This document shows positions 61,698 through 64,000 of a stretch of DNA of 64,000 nt, piece by piece. Below the pieces are notes generated by a model. The model made no database searches and was not told the DNA's origin. It worked only from the letters and a program-made list of their open reading frames with translations. The stretch spans positions 1 to 64,000 of the forward strand of contig JAHHIK010000016.1 in the NCBI GenBank assembly GCA_019358935.1, in the 5' to 3' direction. The position numbers and the translations under genes are program-made. Origin of the DNA: Tolypothrix carrinoi HA7290-LM1 (GTDB lineage Bacteria; Cyanobacteriota; Cyanobacteriia; Cyanobacteriales; Nostocaceae). Positions within the stretch are counted from its first letter, which is position 1; each line of letters starts with the position of its first letter.

Positions 61698-62099
61698 ATG
61701 AAAATCTTTCCTCTCAGACTCAAACCCGACCAAGATTTGAGACAAAATTTAAAAAACTTCGCCAATCAAGAAAATATCAAAGCAGGTTTTATACTAAGTG
61801 CTATTGGTAGCCTCAAACAAGCAAAAATCCGCTTTGCAAATCAATCAAATAGCATATTATTAACAGATAAATTTGAAATTATTTCCCTCAACGGAACAAT
61901 AGCAACTTCCGGCGTACATTTACATATTGCTATTTCCGATAAACAAGGTAAAACTATCGGCGGACATCTTGACAATGAATGCATCATCTACACAACCGCC
62001 GAAATAATAATTGGTACAACAGAACAATTCATCTTTAATAGAACTATCGACGAACAAACAGGCTATAAAGAACTAGAAATTATCCCCAATAACTCCTAA
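61698..62099 (+). CDS. PPC/DUF296 domain protein
   Basis: LRLKPDQDL, FEIISLNGT, HLHI and GGHL motifs. Confidence 0.9.
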   Translation: MKIFPLRLKPDQDLRQNLKNFANQENIKAGFILSAIGSLKQAKIRFANQSNSILLTDKFEIISLNGTIATSGVHLHIAISDKQGKTIGGHLDNECIIYTTAEIIIGTTEQFIFNRTIDEQTGYKELEIIPNNS

Positions 62100-62446
62100 T
62101 CTCTTCCTTTCCCTCTTTCTTCGTGTCCTTAGCGACTTCGCGGTTCGTATTCTTATCAGTAGTAAGCGATTTATCGCTTCTTTTAAGCACTAAAGTGCTC
62201 ACTACGAGTTGAAATTTACATTTACTTTTCACAAAACCATCAGTCAAACTGTCACATAAGAACAATTTAATAAAACTGTTGGCATCATACTAATAATATT
62301 CTGACCGCCTGATAGCAATCCGCATAGTGATTCGTGAACGGTGGTAGGTGGGGATTGTCTTCTGCGTTACATCCATCTCTGCTCACCCTGTCAAATCACA
62401 ATATAAAATGGAGCATTGCTATGACTAAACGGCATTGGAGATTGTC

Positions 62447-63859
62447 ATGGTATTAGACAATTTTCGCCGAAAACTACGCCAAGAAGCACAAAAATGGCGG
62501 GATGAAGGAATTATTAGTTCTTCATGTTACCAAGACCTAGGAAAACGTTATCAATTTGATAACCTGGAAATAGCTGCACGCGATCGCTTCGTTTTCATCG
62601 TGATTGCGATCGGCAGCATTTTGTTAAGCTTAGGCATAATTACCTTTGTAGCCGCAAACTGGCAAGCATGGTCACGAGATGTCAAATTTGTGATTTTGAT
62701 CAGTTTGTTTTTCGCAACTACTATCACAGGTTTTTACTCTTTTAGAGAACCTACACTTAATGCCCAAGGAAAAAAGCAGCCACGCAGCAAACAACTATTA
62801 GGAGAAAGTTTGCTAATTTTAGGCGCTTTGATATTAGGTGCAAATATTGCGTTGATGGCGCAAATGTTTAATATCAGCGGTTCAACTTCCCAACTATTTC
62901 TTTGCTGGGGGTTGGGTGTTTTAATCATGACATATGGACTTAGCTTGACTTCTTTAGGAATCTTATCAATTATCCTTTTACAAATAGGATATTGGACAGG
63001 ATTAGGAGAATTATCTTACTCTGCAAGTGACTTTAGTTGGTCGCGATTATTGGTGCAACATATGCCATTATTTATTTGGTTGCTGTTTGTACCCTTAGCT
63101 TATTTATGCCGATCGCGTTGGATATTTGCACTCGCAGCGATCGCCTTTACCATTTCCTTGCAATTCAACCTCAATCCACTGCAACGTTTAGCTTATAATA
63201 ATACAGCGCCTTGGGTTGCATCTTTTGCTTTTGCACTTCCAGCCGCATTATTTTGGAGTTACGATGACCTACTATTCCCCACAATAAATTTTAGGTTATT
63301 TCAACCCCTCGCCCAAAGTCTCTCGCTATGGTTTTTCGGAACTCTATTTTACGTCCTTTCCTTTTATTGGGTTTGGCAATATCCATCCTCCGGATTTTAT
63401 CCCCTAACAACCAACTCACCGATTAGGTCATTTCCCCTAATTGATTTAGGAATTTTCAGCGGTTTAGTAGTATTGCAATGGTTGTTTATGCTGCGTTATC
63501 GCAACAGCCTAACCCGTCGAGGAATGGATATCACCAACGTCTTCATTACCAGCTTTATTGTCATCGTCGCCTTGATACCTTTTTGGCATCAAGCTGTTAC
63601 TCGCATTCCCGGTTTAGCAGTTTTTATCTTCAATATTCTTCTGGGAATATTTGCCTTTGGACTTATGCGACACGGCATAGAATACGGCGATAGACGCACA
63701 TTTTGGGGCGGAATGCTGTTATTAACACTGCAAATTATTAGCCGCATGTGGGAATATGACACAGACTTAATTTTCAAGTCATTTGTCTTTGCTATGTGCG
63801 GCATCGGTATCATTAGCGCCGGACTTTGGTTTGAACGGCGTTTAACAGTTAGTCGATAG
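62447..63859 (+). CDS. DUF2157 membrane protein
   Basis: WRDEGII, FVAANW and LMAQMFNI motifs, multiple TMs. Confidence 0.88.
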   Translation: MVLDNFRRKLRQEAQKWRDEGIISSSCYQDLGKRYQFDNLEIAARDRFVFIVIAIGSILLSLGIITFVAANWQAWSRDVKFVILISLFFATTITGFYSFREPTLNAQGKKQPRSKQLLGESLLILGALILGANIALMAQMFNISGSTSQLFLCWGLGVLIMTYGLSLTSLGILSIILLQIGYWTGLGELSYSASDFSWSRLLVQHMPLFIWLLFVPLAYLCRSRWIFALAAIAFTISLQFNLNPLQRLAYNNTAPWVASFAFALPAALFWSYDDLLFPTINFRLFQPLAQSLSLWFFGTLFYVLSFYWVWQYPSSGFYPLTTNSPIRSFPLIDLGIFSGLVVLQWLFMLRYRNSLTRRGMDITNVFITSFIVIVALIPFWHQAVTRIPGLAVFIFNILLGIFAFGLMRHGIEYGDRRTFWGGMLLLTLQIISRMWEYDTDLIFKSFVFAMCGIGIISAGLWFERRLTVSR

Positions 63860-64000
63860 TGGATAGTGGTTAGTGGATAGTGGTTAGTGGTTAGTGGTTA
63901 GTCGATAGTGGTTAGTGGATAGTGGATAGTCGATAGTCGAGAACTGTTAACCGTCAACTAACAACCAACAACTAACAACCAACAATTAACAACCATCAAC
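63855..64000. repeat. STRR heptamer tracts (TAGTGGA/TAGTGGT and ACAACCA)
   Basis: Tandem heptamers running to the window end. Confidence 0.85.

Noticed and set aside
62280..62430. Riboswitch upstream of the DUF2157 gene
   Set aside because: Some GC-rich pairing, but no recognisable aptamer consensus.

Overview
Chromosomal window from a heterocyst-forming cyanobacterium (Nostocales-like: dense HIP1 GCGATCGC sites, heptamer STRR tracts, patA, pec/cpc operons). The first 11.4 kb is an accessory, defence-like island. On the minus strand it reads: WGR/helical-repeat gene, SWIM zinc-finger gene, ncRNA-B, ~4.5 kb cargo, ncRNA-A, retron-type reverse transcriptase. The most notable observation is that there are TWO paralogous msr/msd-like ncRNAs (about 1206-1450 and 6005-6273). 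They share terminal inverted repeats and scaffold motifs but have different msd stems, and they bracket a cargo of an alpha/beta hydrolase, a CHAT protease and a TM-TPR protein. The CHAT and TPR proteins share an N/G-rich motif resembling amyloid signalling motifs. The RT stops before its PQG/YADD motifs at the window edge. The rest is mostly core genome: trpG/pabA, dgkA, ybeY, frameshifted prfB, pecBACEF-cpcBACDEFG1G2G4, rluD, patA, cobA/sirB, Mn catalase, tRNA-His, sbtAB plus beta-carbonic anhydrase, susA, cax and GH57. It also holds several decayed genes (frameshifted BrnT, Uma2 remnant, dynamin-like gene with an apparent deletion at a HIP1 site) and many small mobile repeats. All calls come from reading the sequence; no searches were run.
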